Positions 33,930 through 43,626 of a stretch of 64,000 nucleotides of DNA are shown here, piece after piece (the stretch's first letter is position 1; each line of letters starts with the position of its first letter). Below the pieces are notes generated by a model. The model ran no database searches. It was given only the letters and a program-made list of their open reading frames with translations, and was not told the DNA's origin. A program made the translations under genes and the position numbers. Origin of the DNA: Patescibacteria group bacterium (GTDB lineage: Bacteria; Patescibacteriota; Patescibacteriia; 2-01-FULL-39-33); the NCBI GenBank assembly GCA_041662745.1, contig JBAZRV010000002.1, forward strand, positions 21,785 through 85,784, written 5' to 3'.

Positions 33930-34158
33930 TTTTAGCCCTTTCTTTCGGTTTGTTTGTTTTGTTCGTTTTAATTTTAATGTCCGATTCAGCTTGACTGGGC
34001 GTCAAATCAATATTGCATTGTATCACGTATTAAATAAATTGTCAATAGGGATGATTCAGAGTGGTTCCGAGGTGATTTTTCGGTTTGCATTAAAAATCTG
34101 ATTTTGTTATAATATAAACAATTTAAACGGGAGGGAAATTCAAAAATAAGCAAATTTT

Positions 34159-35613
34159 ATGGAACGAACGTTAGTAGCGGAGGTGGCAAAAAAAGCCGGG
34201 CAAGAAGTATTGATCAAGGGTTGGGTGCATACGCGCCGCGATCATGGAAAATTAGTGTTTATTGACGTGCGCGATCGCAGCGGTTTGTTGCAGGTTGTTT
34301 TTATTCCGTCCAATAAAGAGGCGCATGAGTTGGCGCAGAAGTTGCGCAGCGAATACGTCGTGGCCGTTACCGGCCAAATCAACGAACGGCCGGCCAATAT
34401 GGTCAATGACAAGTTGCCGACCGGCGGCGTAGAAATGCTGGCGACCGGTTTGGAGATCATTAATGAAGCCAAAACTCCGCCGTTTGAAATTGATCAGGAT
34501 ACGATTGAAGTCAACGAAGAATTGCGCCTTAAGTACCGCTATCTGGATTTGCGCTCCTTGCGTATGGCCAATAATCTGGCGATGCGTTCCAAGGCCAATA
34601 AGTTTTTTCGCGATTATCTGGAACAGCAAGGATTTTTGGAGATTGAGACTCCGATTTTAACCAAGGGCACGCCAGAAGGCGCCCGTGAATTTTTGGTGCC
34701 GTCGCGCCAGTGGCCGGGCAAGTTTTATGTCTTGCCGCAATCGCCCCAGCAGTTCAAGCAATTATTAATGGTGGCCGGCGCAGAAAAATATTTTCAGATC
34801 GCCAGATGCTTCCGCGATGAAGACACTCGCGGCGACCGCCAAGCCGAATTCACGCAACTGGATATTGAAATGAGTTTTATTGAGCAGGAAGATATTTTCA
34901 ATTTGATTGAGCCGATGATGATTGAATTGGTGGAAAAATTATATCCTAACAAAAAAATCCTAGCCAAGCCGTTTCCGCGCTTGACTTATGCCGAGTGCCT
35001 GGAAAAATACGGCACGGACAAGCCCGACTTGCGTCCCGACAAAAATGACCCCGATCTTCTGGCGTTCATGTGGCTGATTGATCCGCCCATGTTTAAACAC
35101 AGCGAAACAGAAAACAAGTTAGTCGCTTCTCATCATCCGTTTACCATGCCGAATCGCGAAGATATGGAGAAGTATCCCGATGAGCCCAAGAAGTGGCGCG
35201 CCTACGGCTATGATTTGGTATTGAATGGTTTTGAAGTCGCCGGCGGTTCCATCAGGATCCATTTGCGCGATGTCCAACAAAAAGTTTTTGAGCTTTTGGG
35301 CGTGGGAGAAAATGAAATCAAAACCCGTTTCGGCCATATACTGGAAGCTTTTGAATTCGGCGCCCCGCCTCATGGCGGCATCGCTCCGGGCGTGGATCGT
35401 TTGTTAGCTATTTTGCATAACGAACCCAATATCCGCGAAGTGATTGTTTTCCCCAAGACCGGCGACAGCCGGGATTTGATGATGGATGCGCCTAATTACA
35501 CCAGCCTGAAGGCCTTGCGCGAGGCCAATATCCGCATTGCCGACAGCGTGGAAGCGCGCGCCGAAAAAGACGGCGTCAACCTTTACGGCGAACAGACGCA
35601 GACCGCGGATTAA
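34159..35613 (+). CDS. aspS: Aspartate--tRNA ligase (short form, likely non-discriminating)
   Basis: FRDEDTRGDRQAEFTQLDIEMSF motif 2 region; motif 3 GGIAPGVDRL; N-terminal OB fold; 484 aa. Confidence 0.85.
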   Translation: MERTLVAEVAKKAGQEVLIKGWVHTRRDHGKLVFIDVRDRSGLLQVVFIPSNKEAHELAQKLRSEYVVAVTGQINERPANMVNDKLPTGGVEMLATGLEIINEAKTPPFEIDQDTIEVNEELRLKYRYLDLRSLRMANNLAMRSKANKFFRDYLEQQGFLEIETPILTKGTPEGAREFLVPSRQWPGKFYVLPQSPQQFKQLLMVAGAEKYFQIARCFRDEDTRGDRQAEFTQLDIEMSFIEQEDIFNLIEPMMIELVEKLYPNKKILAKPFPRLTYAECLEKYGTDKPDLRPDKNDPDLLAFMWLIDPPMFKHSETENKLVASHHPFTMPNREDMEKYPDEPKKWRAYGYDLVLNGFEVAGGSIRIHLRDVQQKVFELLGVGENEIKTRFGHILEAFEFGAPPHGGIAPGVDRLLAILHNEPNIREVIVFPKTGDSRDLMMDAPNYTSLKALREANIRIADSVEARAEKDGVNLYGEQTQTAD

Positions 35614-35676
35614 TTTTTTATTATTGCTACGTAACAAGTTACATAGCAAGCTACGTAGCAAAGTTTAATTGATTTT

Positions 35677-36504
35677 ATGAAAAAGCTCGCCCTATTATTT
35701 TTTGTTCTCTTGGTTGTTGTTTTATCCGGCTGCACTTTGCCCGGCCAAAAACCGGCGCCAACGGCTTGCACGTTGGAGGCCAAGATTTGTCCGGACGGCT
35801 CATCAGTCGGCCGCACCGGCCCAAATTGTGAGTTTGCGCAATGCCCCGTTTCTGATGCCGGCAACGTCGGCTTGGCCAACCCCGCCTCGGTCAATTGCCG
35901 GGAAAAAGGCGGCAGTTTGGAAATTATTACTGACTTGGAGGGTAATCAATCCGGCTTATGCAAATTTCCTGATAATACTCAATGCGAGGAATGGGCGTTT
36001 TTTCGAGGTGAATGCCGTCCTGGGTTGATAACCTCGTCTTCTACGACGACAATAACTACTCTAACCGATTGGTCGGTCTACCAAAGCCAAGAATACGGTT
36101 TGGAATTTCAATACCCCAAGGATTGGCCTAAACCGCAAGTTTCTGCCGGCGTCTATACTGGCGGTTATCCGCAGGTAAGATCGAATTGGCGGATAAATGT
36201 TGGACCGGTTTCTAAGGGTGCTTGCGAAGGTGAAGATTGTTATGGTCTTTATCTTGATAAATTTCCCCTGCAGAATTACGCGGAAACATTAAAAGCGTTA
36301 AAAAATGATGGATCGATTAACGGAATAACCGAAGAAGTGATTAATGGCAATAATGTCATATTTTTTACTGAAGCGGGGATGAAAGATTATGCCTCAGCTT
36401 TGATTTTTGGTTCTGCTATGATGATAAAATTGCAAGACAGCGGATTTTCTTCGTCAGCCAGCAATTTTAGGCAGGTTATTTCTACCGTTAAGTTCATAAA
36501 ATAG
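35677..36504 (+). CDS. DUF333-domain lipoprotein
   Basis: Lipobox LSGC; ANPASVNCREKGGSLEIITDLEGNQSGLCKFPDNTQCEEWAFFRGEC matches the DUF333 consensus. Confidence 0.6.
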   Translation: MKKLALLFFVLLVVVLSGCTLPGQKPAPTACTLEAKICPDGSSVGRTGPNCEFAQCPVSDAGNVGLANPASVNCREKGGSLEIITDLEGNQSGLCKFPDNTQCEEWAFFRGECRPGLITSSSTTTITTLTDWSVYQSQEYGLEFQYPKDWPKPQVSAGVYTGGYPQVRSNWRINVGPVSKGACEGEDCYGLYLDKFPLQNYAETLKALKNDGSINGITEEVINGNNVIFFTEAGMKDYASALIFGSAMMIKLQDSGFSSSASNFRQVISTVKFIK

Positions 36505-36531
36505 TTTAGTAATTTGAAGGTGACAAATATT

Positions 36532-37203
36532 ATGAAAAATTTGACTCTGGAGGAAGTCAAGGCTAATCCTTATGTCGATGACTTTATCCGCCAAACGGAA
36601 AAATACCTGATCGCTTTGGGCTATACCGATCACGGCTATCGTCATGTTAATATCGTTTCAGAGCGATGCCGCGGTTTGGCCAAGCAATTGGGGCTGGCCA
36701 AGAAAGATCAGGAACTGGCCGCCATCGCCGGCTATTGCCATGATATGGGCAACTATCTGGGCCGTACCCAGCACCATTATTGGGCGGCCATGCTGTTCTC
36801 GCAGATTTTCATCCCTCAAGGCATAAATCCGGATGACATCGCCCGCATCACCCAAGCCATTGTCAGCCATGATAAGGACGAATTGAAGATAGTTGATAAG
36901 ATTTCGGCGATTCTGGTTTTGGCCGATAAATCCGATGTGCACCGCAGCCGCGTTATCAGCCGAGAAGTTCAGGCGCGGGGAGAAGATATCCACGATCGGG
37001 TCAATTACGCCGCGACCGGCAACAGCCTGAAGGTCAATCGTCTGCTCAAACAGATCATTCTCAAGATCCAGATTGACACGCAGGAAGCCAAACCCATGGA
37101 TTACTTTGAGATTTTTTCCGAACGCATGAGTTTCTGCCGGCTGGCCGCGGAATTTTTGGGTTATAAGTTCGTCCTGATTATCAATAATTTTAAATTATCT
37201 TAA
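36532..37203 (+). CDS. HD-domain phosphohydrolase
   Basis: H...HD motif (GYRHVNIV...AGYCHDMGNY); RBS GAAGGTGA 8 nt upstream of the chosen ATG. Confidence 0.65.
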   Translation: MKNLTLEEVKANPYVDDFIRQTEKYLIALGYTDHGYRHVNIVSERCRGLAKQLGLAKKDQELAAIAGYCHDMGNYLGRTQHHYWAAMLFSQIFIPQGINPDDIARITQAIVSHDKDELKIVDKISAILVLADKSDVHRSRVISREVQARGEDIHDRVNYAATGNSLKVNRLLKQIILKIQIDTQEAKPMDYFEIFSERMSFCRLAAEFLGYKFVLIINNFKLS

Positions 37204-37218
37204 TTTAACTTTAACCAT

Positions 37219-38169
37219 ATGCCAAATGACAACAGCCCGTATCGGGGCAAAGGCGCTTTGGACGCTTTTCTCAATCTGTTATCCTTCATCTCTTTAGGTT
37301 GGATGTCCTGGGCGATTGGCGGCATCGCTTTCCAGTTGATCAACAAGTATCTGGCCGAAAGCCTGAAACTTCAGATGTATTATCCGACGATGTATTCGCA
37401 GGAAGTGGTTAAATACGCCATTGCTTCCTTGATCATCGTGGTGCCGGTGTATTTTTTGGCCGTCAATCTGTTGCATCGCAATTACAAGAAGAACACGCTG
37501 AATCATAACAGCGGCATTTATCGCTGGCTGACTTATCTGATGCTTTTAGTGTCGGCCTTAACGATTATCGGCGCCCTCGTCCGCTTGATTTTCATTTTCT
37601 TAAACGGCGAACAGACTTGGCGCATCGCCTTGAAGATTTTGACCGTTGTCGCGATCGCCGCCGGAATATTTAGTTATTATTTTTATGATTTGCGCCGCAA
37701 GGTCTACCAGAAATACAGCACGACTTCTTTGGCTTTTGCCGTTGTCTTGGCGATTATAGTTTTGGTTGAATTGGTCGCCGGCTTAATGATCATAGATTCG
37801 CCGGCCGTTACCAGGAACAAGCAATTGGACAGCCAGCTGGTTAATGATCTGACGCAAATCAACTATATGTTGGAGCTGGATTATCAGCAGGATGGCGTCC
37901 TACCGGTTGATTTGAGCGCCGCCAAATACAAGAATGTCATTGAGGCGGTAAAAAGCGATAAAATAGAATATAGCCGAAAAACGGCGAATGAATTTGAATT
38001 TTGCGCGGCGTTTCTGACTGATGCGACTATGGATAATTCGCAGGGCTGGCAAGGCGATAACTGGTATTACCATGGCGCCGGCCGGCAATGCTTCACCAAG
38101 AAGGTTGTTTTACCCAAAGCCGACATGTCGCCGGAAGCGATCAAGGGCGAGACGCCGGTGGCGAGATAA
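37219..38169 (+). CDS. Hypothetical integral membrane protein (possibly DUF5671-like)
   Basis: Four N-terminal TM helices and a soluble C-terminal domain. Confidence 0.4.
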   Translation: MPNDNSPYRGKGALDAFLNLLSFISLGWMSWAIGGIAFQLINKYLAESLKLQMYYPTMYSQEVVKYAIASLIIVVPVYFLAVNLLHRNYKKNTLNHNSGIYRWLTYLMLLVSALTIIGALVRLIFIFLNGEQTWRIALKILTVVAIAAGIFSYYFYDLRRKVYQKYSTTSLAFAVVLAIIVLVELVAGLMIIDSPAVTRNKQLDSQLVNDLTQINYMLELDYQQDGVLPVDLSAAKYKNVIEAVKSDKIEYSRKTANEFEFCAAFLTDATMDNSQGWQGDNWYYHGAGRQCFTKKVVLPKADMSPEAIKGETPVAR

Positions 38170-38233
38170 TATCCTTGATTATTAATCAGCGGTTTAATTA
38201 ATTTATTTTAAATCCGTAATAGCAATTAAATTT

Positions 38234-38929
38234 ATGCCAATCCCAGCCAAGGTCAAGAAATATCTTGACACTAAGGGCATTGATTATGAAGAGCTGGCCC
38301 ACAAGACCGTCTTTACCGCTTACGATGCGGCGCAGACATTGAAAAAACAGCTCAAAGAAATCGCCAAGACGATTTTGATTGAAGCGGACAAAACCCATGT
38401 GTTGGTGGTTTTGCCGGCCGACAAAAAAATCGATATGGCCAAGCTTAAAAAGGTCTTGGGCGCCAAAAGCGTCCGCATTCCCGATGAAAAGGTGATGATT
38501 AAAGTATTAAAAATCAAGCCGGGGACTTTGTCGTCTTTCGGCCGTTTACATGACATGGAAGTGGTGGTGGACAAAGCCATGATCGGCGTGAAAAAGGCCG
38601 TAGTGTCTACCGGCAGTTTTACCGACAGCGTCCTGATGAAAGTCAAGGATTTCGTGCAGAGCGAGGAAGCGCGTTTGGTTGACATCGCCATGAAGGGCGG
38701 TTACAAAGTTCCCAAGGCGACAAAGAAAAAGATGATTAAGGTAAAAAAGCAGGTTCAGGCCAGGAAAGGCAAAAAGACCAAGATTAAAGTTCCTAAAACG
38801 CTGAAGAAGCTGGTTAAGCCGGCCAAGAAAGCCCTGAAGGCGGCAATCAAACGGCCGATTAAAAAGTCAACCGGAAAATCCGTCAGTAAGAAAACAACCG
38901 TCAGTAAGAAAATAAGTAAGAGGAGATAG
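38234..38929 (+). CDS. YbaK/ProX-like aminoacyl-tRNA deacylase domain with a poly-lysine C-terminal tail
   Basis: YbaK-like pattern (ILIEADKTHVLVVLPADKKIDMAKLKKVLGAKSVRIPDEKV...KPGTLSSFG) followed by ~70 aa of KKxK repeats. Confidence 0.5.
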   Translation: MPIPAKVKKYLDTKGIDYEELAHKTVFTAYDAAQTLKKQLKEIAKTILIEADKTHVLVVLPADKKIDMAKLKKVLGAKSVRIPDEKVMIKVLKIKPGTLSSFGRLHDMEVVVDKAMIGVKKAVVSTGSFTDSVLMKVKDFVQSEEARLVDIAMKGGYKVPKATKKKMIKVKKQVQARKGKKTKIKVPKTLKKLVKPAKKALKAAIKRPIKKSTGKSVSKKTTVSKKISKRR

Positions 38930-38942
38930 AAAAATAAAAAGA

Positions 38943-38965
38943 GAGCAGCCGATGCGGTTGCTCCC
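38943..38965 (-). terminator. Hairpin terminator for the minus-strand gene 38995-39579
   Basis: GAGCAGCCG-ATG-CGGTTGCTC; A-run on the plus strand gives a T-tract on the minus strand. Confidence 0.5.
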
Positions 38966-38994
38966 AAGAGAAGGTTCGGAAGAAATTCAAGGGG

Positions 38995-39579
38995 TTATTT
39001 TAGCAGTATTTTAGGGGATTCCACCATGTCCTGCTCATCAATAATCCGCACGCCGCATTCTTCAAAACTCGGCCGGAAACGATCCAACGACCTGGCCAGC
39101 GGAAGCCACTCTGCGGTGCCGGACGATGTGATAAGGGCGATCGGCGGAATTTTGATTGCAGTTAGTTCGCACAGGGTAATAATATCAAAAGCCACGCAGG
39201 CGCCGGTGAGAATTCCATTTTGGGAAAGCGGGCGATGAAATGGATCGTGTTCCATGGCGATAATGAACAAGCGTTCAAATTGCTTCCGTTGAATGCCGGA
39301 TAGCAATTCCTCCGGATCGTCCAGACTGATCCCGGACATGCTGAAAACCATTTTTTCGTTGGCGCGATGAAGCGCGCATACCAGATCTTTGATCATCAGG
39401 GAATCCGGCGACATGGCGGCGTAGGGATCGCTGCAGGTTAAACAATTTTCCAAATTGATTTTTGCTTGTTCCGGAGTTTTTCCCTGGTAAATCAGGGCAA
39501 AAGACCTTGCTTTTTCCCCGGAGGCGCTTGGGCAAAGCCCTGGGTGAAAAGGTGAGAGCTCAATCATCATGATAATCAA
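38995..39579 (-). CDS. Hypothetical protein (194 aa)
   Basis: ORF with its own promoter region; no confident motif. Confidence 0.4.
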   Translation of the reverse strand: MIIMMIELSPFHPGLCPSASGEKARSFALIYQGKTPEQAKINLENCLTCSDPYAAMSPDSLMIKDLVCALHRANEKMVFSMSGISLDDPEELLSGIQRKQFERLFIIAMEHDPFHRPLSQNGILTGACVAFDIITLCELTAIKIPPIALITSSGTAEWLPLARSLDRFRPSFEECGVRIIDEQDMVESPKILLK

Positions 39580-39740
39580 TCCCTTTCTGCGTTGTTAACG
39601 TCCTTGGTTGATGTTTCTGCCACAAAAATTCTAGTTAGATCATACCATAAACAAAGAAAAAGTCAAGCATTAGTTGATTGAATTTATTGAAGAATATTTT
39701 ATAATTTGTTTAAATTTAGATAAAAAATTATTGACCAATC

Positions 39741-40448
39741 GTGGATTATCAAATAGTTTTAGATAAATTTTCCGGTCCCTTGGATCTTTTGCTGCAATTG
39801 ATTGAGCAAGAGGAACTTGATATTTCTCAGGTTTCCCTGGCCAAGGTTACCGATCAATATTTGGCTTATTTGGACGCCAATAAGGGTCTGCCGGCCGGGG
39901 AGTTGGCTGATTTTTTGACGGTGGCGACGAAGTTATTGGTTATTAAGTCAAAATTATTGTTACCGCAGTTGGCGGATGAGGAAGAAGACAGCGCGGAACA
40001 ATTGGAAGCCCAGCTCAAGATGTATAAGGAATATTTGGAAGCGAGCAAGAAGCTTGAAGTATTGTTAATGGAAAATAATTATTCTTTCACGCGCGAGCGT
40101 TTGCCGATTGATTTTCGGCCGGCCTTTTCTCCGCCACCCTCGCTTTCGGCCGGCGATCTGACCGCTATTTTTGAGGAGATTTTAAAGCGCGTTGAATATG
40201 TTACCGGGTTGCCGAAGAAAATAATGGAACGGGTGGTCAGCTTGCAGGAGATGGTAACCGGCATCAGAGAAGCTTTGGGGCGAGCGCAGAAGATGAGTTT
40301 TAAAGAGGTGATCGCTAACGCCAAATCCAAGCATGAGGTAGTCATCAGTTTCATGGCCTTGCTGGAACTGATTAAATCCGGCGAAGCCGCCGTCAACCAA
40401 AAGGGAATTTTTGATGAGATAGAAGTGGAAAAAGTCAGCGCCAATTAA
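39741..40448 (+). CDS. scpA: Segregation and condensation protein A
   Basis: LDKFSGPLDLLLQLIEQEELDISQVSLAKVTDQYL; GTG start. Confidence 0.8.
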   Translation: MDYQIVLDKFSGPLDLLLQLIEQEELDISQVSLAKVTDQYLAYLDANKGLPAGELADFLTVATKLLVIKSKLLLPQLADEEEDSAEQLEAQLKMYKEYLEASKKLEVLLMENNYSFTRERLPIDFRPAFSPPPSLSAGDLTAIFEEILKRVEYVTGLPKKIMERVVSLQEMVTGIREALGRAQKMSFKEVIANAKSKHEVVISFMALLELIKSGEAAVNQKGIFDEIEVEKVSAN

Positions 40449-40458
40449 AATATCAATT

Positions 40459-41040
40459 ATGAATTTAAAAAATACCATTGAATCATTGCTGTTTATTTCC
40501 CATAAGCCGTTGAGCGTCGCGGAACTGGCCAGGTTGGCCGAAAGCGACAAAACGGCGGTGGAGGAAGCGCTTAAATTATTGCAAGGGGAGTATGGAGAAA
40601 AAAACGGCGGTATAGAAATAATCAATATTGAAGATAAATATCAGATGGCCGCTACCGGCGAATCTTCGACGACCGTGGCTAAATTTTTGAAAACAGAAGT
40701 GACCGGAGAGCTGACTCGGCCGTCGTTGGAAACATTGACCATCATCGCCTATCGCGGACCGGTTTCCAAGGCGGAATTGGAATTGATACGCGGGGTCAAT
40801 TGTTCTTTGATTTTGCGCAATCTGCTGATGCGCGGGCTGATTGAATCGCGCGAGGATAAAGACAAGGCCGCAAACGTTTATCAGATAACTTTTGATTTCT
40901 TAAAGCATTTGGGCCTCAGTTCGGTTAGCGAATTGCCGGATTATGAACGGCTTAACCGCAATAATAACTTGGAGAAATTATTGCACGGCCTGACCGGCGG
41001 CGCAGTGGAACAGGAAATCACCGCCGACTTGGCCGTTTAA
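40459..41040 (+). CDS. scpB: Segregation and condensation protein B
   Basis: ESLLFISHKPLSVAELARL winged-helix pattern; follows scpA. Confidence 0.8.
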   Translation: MNLKNTIESLLFISHKPLSVAELARLAESDKTAVEEALKLLQGEYGEKNGGIEIINIEDKYQMAATGESSTTVAKFLKTEVTGELTRPSLETLTIIAYRGPVSKAELELIRGVNCSLILRNLLMRGLIESREDKDKAANVYQITFDFLKHLGLSSVSELPDYERLNRNNNLEKLLHGLTGGAVEQEITADLAV

Positions 41041-41091
41041 TTTTATATTTTAAGATAATACTAAAAAAACCTGATTATTAACTCATTTGCC

Positions 41092-42015
41092 ATGTTTGAA
41101 GCCGTCTTAAATCTGTTTTTGGCCGCAATTTTCCTGCAAGCGCAGGCCACCAACCCCGCCGATGCCGTTATGCCGGCTAACTCTTTGCCTTTGGCTCAAC
41201 AGAAAATTGAAGCCCGTCTTCCGGAAAAAGCCATAGACAGCGAAAGCTTGGGTGTCAGAGTCTCGGCTAAAAGCTTTATCGTGGTGGAACCGGAAACCGG
41301 CGCGGTTTTGTATGAGAAAAATTCCCAAGATTGCCGGCCCATCGCTTCTTTGACCAAGCTCATGACCGCTTTGGTGTTTCTGGAACATAATCCCGGTTGG
41401 GATAAGCAATACACGATGACCGCTGATGATTTTCGCGTGGGAGCCAAGCCGGCCCTGATGGTTGGCGACGTTCTGACCGTCCGCGAGCTGTTTTATACCA
41501 TGCTGATTTCTTCGGCTAACGAAGCGGCGGTGGCTTTAGCCAAGTCTACCGGCTTGACGCCGGAAGAGTTCGTCGGGCAAATGAATTTATACGCCAAATT
41601 ATTGGCTATGGATTCCAGCCAGTTTAGCGAGACGACCGGATTGTCCGTGGATAACAAGGCCAGCGCCGAGGATGTTATTAAATTGATTAAAGTCGCCTTC
41701 TCCCATTCCGAAATCCGCAAGGCCTTGGGCTTTAAGAGTTACAATGTGTCGATCATCAATAAAAATTTGTCGCGCCATATCAACAGCACGGACATGATTT
41801 TGAAAGCCGAGTTCGGCTATCGCGGCGATTCCTACAAGTTGGAAGCGGGCAAGACCGGCACCTTGCCGTCCGCCGGCTACTGTTTCGCCAGCCAGGTCAA
41901 GGATCAGAATAATCGCCGGTTGCTGATAGCCGTTTTGGGCAGTTCTTCCACCTATGATCGCTTTACCGACACCAAATCCCTGGCCTATTGGGTGTTCAAT
42001 AATTTTTCTTGGTAA
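41092..42015 (+). CDS. D-alanyl-D-alanine carboxypeptidase (peptidase S11)
   Basis: Signal peptide; active-site SxxK ASLTKLMT; SxN and KTG motifs. Confidence 0.75.
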   Translation: MFEAVLNLFLAAIFLQAQATNPADAVMPANSLPLAQQKIEARLPEKAIDSESLGVRVSAKSFIVVEPETGAVLYEKNSQDCRPIASLTKLMTALVFLEHNPGWDKQYTMTADDFRVGAKPALMVGDVLTVRELFYTMLISSANEAAVALAKSTGLTPEEFVGQMNLYAKLLAMDSSQFSETTGLSVDNKASAEDVIKLIKVAFSHSEIRKALGFKSYNVSIINKNLSRHINSTDMILKAEFGYRGDSYKLEAGKTGTLPSAGYCFASQVKDQNNRRLLIAVLGSSSTYDRFTDTKSLAYWVFNNFSW

Positions 42016-42022
42016 CATTAAT

Positions 42023-42325
42023 ATGCTGTATAATAAACTGATCAGAGATAATATTCCTGACATTATAGCCGCTAAAGGTGAGAAAGCAATAATTCATGTT
42101 GCCGATTTATCCGAGTATAAGAAAAAACTCGATGAAAAATTAATGGAAGAGGTGGGAGAGCTTTTAGCCGGCTACGAGATGGCCGAGATGGCTGATGTTT
42201 TTGAGGTGTTAGCGGCTATAGCTAAAGTTAACGGTTATGACTTGGCGCAAGTGGAGCAATTAAGGCAAGAAAAGAAGGGGCAGCGCGGGGGATTTGAGCG
42301 GAGAATTATTTTGGAGGAATCGTAA
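42023..42325 (+). CDS. MazG-like nucleoside triphosphate pyrophosphohydrolase
   Basis: MLYNKLIRDNIPDII...EMADVFEVLAAI...KKGQRGGFERRIIL pattern; internal Met start (ORF track 41954). Confidence 0.6.
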   Translation: MLYNKLIRDNIPDIIAAKGEKAIIHVADLSEYKKKLDEKLMEEVGELLAGYEMAEMADVFEVLAAIAKVNGYDLAQVEQLRQEKKGQRGGFERRIILEES

Positions 42326-42358
42326 TTTATGGAGTTAATTATTATTGATAATTGAGGT

Positions 42359-42859
42359 ATGGATTTTTTATTGAGTTTTTTTGCCGGCTTGCCGCCAGCA
42401 TGGGTGATTTTGTTTATTTCCATGATTCCGATCGTGGAGTTGCGCGGCGCTTTGCCTGTGGCCTTGACGTTTTATAAGCTTAATCCCATCTTGGCTTACT
42501 GTTTGTCGGTTATCGGCAATCTGTTGCCGGTGATGCTGATTTTGCTTTACATCGGCCCGGTCTCCGATTGGCTGAAAAAGCGCAGTCGGCTGATGGACAG
42601 GTTTTTTGCCTGGCTGTTTAAACGTACCAGGCATAAAATCGGCAAAAATTACGAAAAGTACGGCCTGTTGGCCTTGGCGATTTTTGTGGCCATCCCACTG
42701 CCTATGACCGGCGCTTGGACCGGCGCTTTGGCGGCTTGGCTGTTCGGGATTGATAATCGGCGCGCCTTTTTGGCTATTGCCGCCGGTGTCCTGGTCGCCG
42801 GCCTTATTGTGCTTTCGGCTACTGCCGGCATATTGAATTTTTTGGATTTTTTAATTTAA
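42359..42859 (+). CDS. COG2426-family small membrane protein
   Basis: Four TM helices; IVELRGALPVAL motif. Confidence 0.45.
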   Translation: MDFLLSFFAGLPPAWVILFISMIPIVELRGALPVALTFYKLNPILAYCLSVIGNLLPVMLILLYIGPVSDWLKKRSRLMDRFFAWLFKRTRHKIGKNYEKYGLLALAIFVAIPLPMTGAWTGALAAWLFGIDNRRAFLAIAAGVLVAGLIVLSATAGILNFLDFLI

Positions 42860-42863
42860 ACAT

Positions 42864-43622
42864 ATGCGCAAAATAATCATTGCCAATTGGAAAATGAATT
42901 TAAGTCCGGCCGCTTCGGCCGAGCTGGCCCATGATTTGGCTAAAGTTTTAAGCAATGACGCGCTGGAACGGAAAGATGTGGTTTTGGCGCCTTCCGTTTC
43001 CGCCTTGACTTTGGTGGCGGAAGAGATTAAAAAGGAAGAAATGGCTTTGAGCGCTCAGGATATTTTTTGGGAGGATCGGGGAGCCTTTACCGGCTGCGAA
43101 TCGCCTGAATTTTTGCGCGAAGCCGGTTGCCGCTATGCCATTGTCGGTCACTCGGAACGGCGGCAGAATCTGGCTGAGACCGATGAAATGATCCATCTTA
43201 AACTCAAAGCCGCCCTCTCGGCCGGCTTGACTCCGATTTTGTGCGTTGGCGAAACTTACGAAGAGCGTCGCGAGGGGCAGACCGGCAATGTTTTGTTGCG
43301 TCAGGTTAACTCCGCTCTGCAAGGCATAAACTTTCTTACCGATGAATACTTGGTGGTCGCTTATGAGCCGGTTTGGGTAATCGGTTCGGGACAGGCGATT
43401 GAACCGGCCCAAGCCGAGGAAGCTTTCCGCATTATTTGGCAACAGATTATTGACAATATACCGATGGCCGTAGCCAAGTCCAATGTCCGCATTATTTACG
43501 GCGGTTCGGTGGACTCGTCCAATGCGGAGGATTTTGTGCCGCTGGATCATTTCGCCGGCTTTTTGGTTGGTGGAGCAAGTTTGAAAGCGGAGGAATTGGT
43601 CAAGGTTATAGAATTAACTTAA
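42864..43622 (+). CDS. tpiA: Triosephosphate isomerase
   Basis: IIANWKMN N-terminus and HSERR catalytic motif. Confidence 0.9.
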   Translation: MRKIIIANWKMNLSPAASAELAHDLAKVLSNDALERKDVVLAPSVSALTLVAEEIKKEEMALSAQDIFWEDRGAFTGCESPEFLREAGCRYAIVGHSERRQNLAETDEMIHLKLKAALSAGLTPILCVGETYEERREGQTGNVLLRQVNSALQGINFLTDEYLVVAYEPVWVIGSGQAIEPAQAEEAFRIIWQQIIDNIPMAVAKSNVRIIYGGSVDSSNAEDFVPLDHFAGFLVGGASLKAEELVKVIELT

Positions 43623-43626
43623 ATAT

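Noticed and set aside
38995-39579. PurE/LarB-like assignment for the 194-aa minus-strand protein
   Set aside because: There is only a vague resemblance in a Gly-rich stretch, and the order of motifs does not match.
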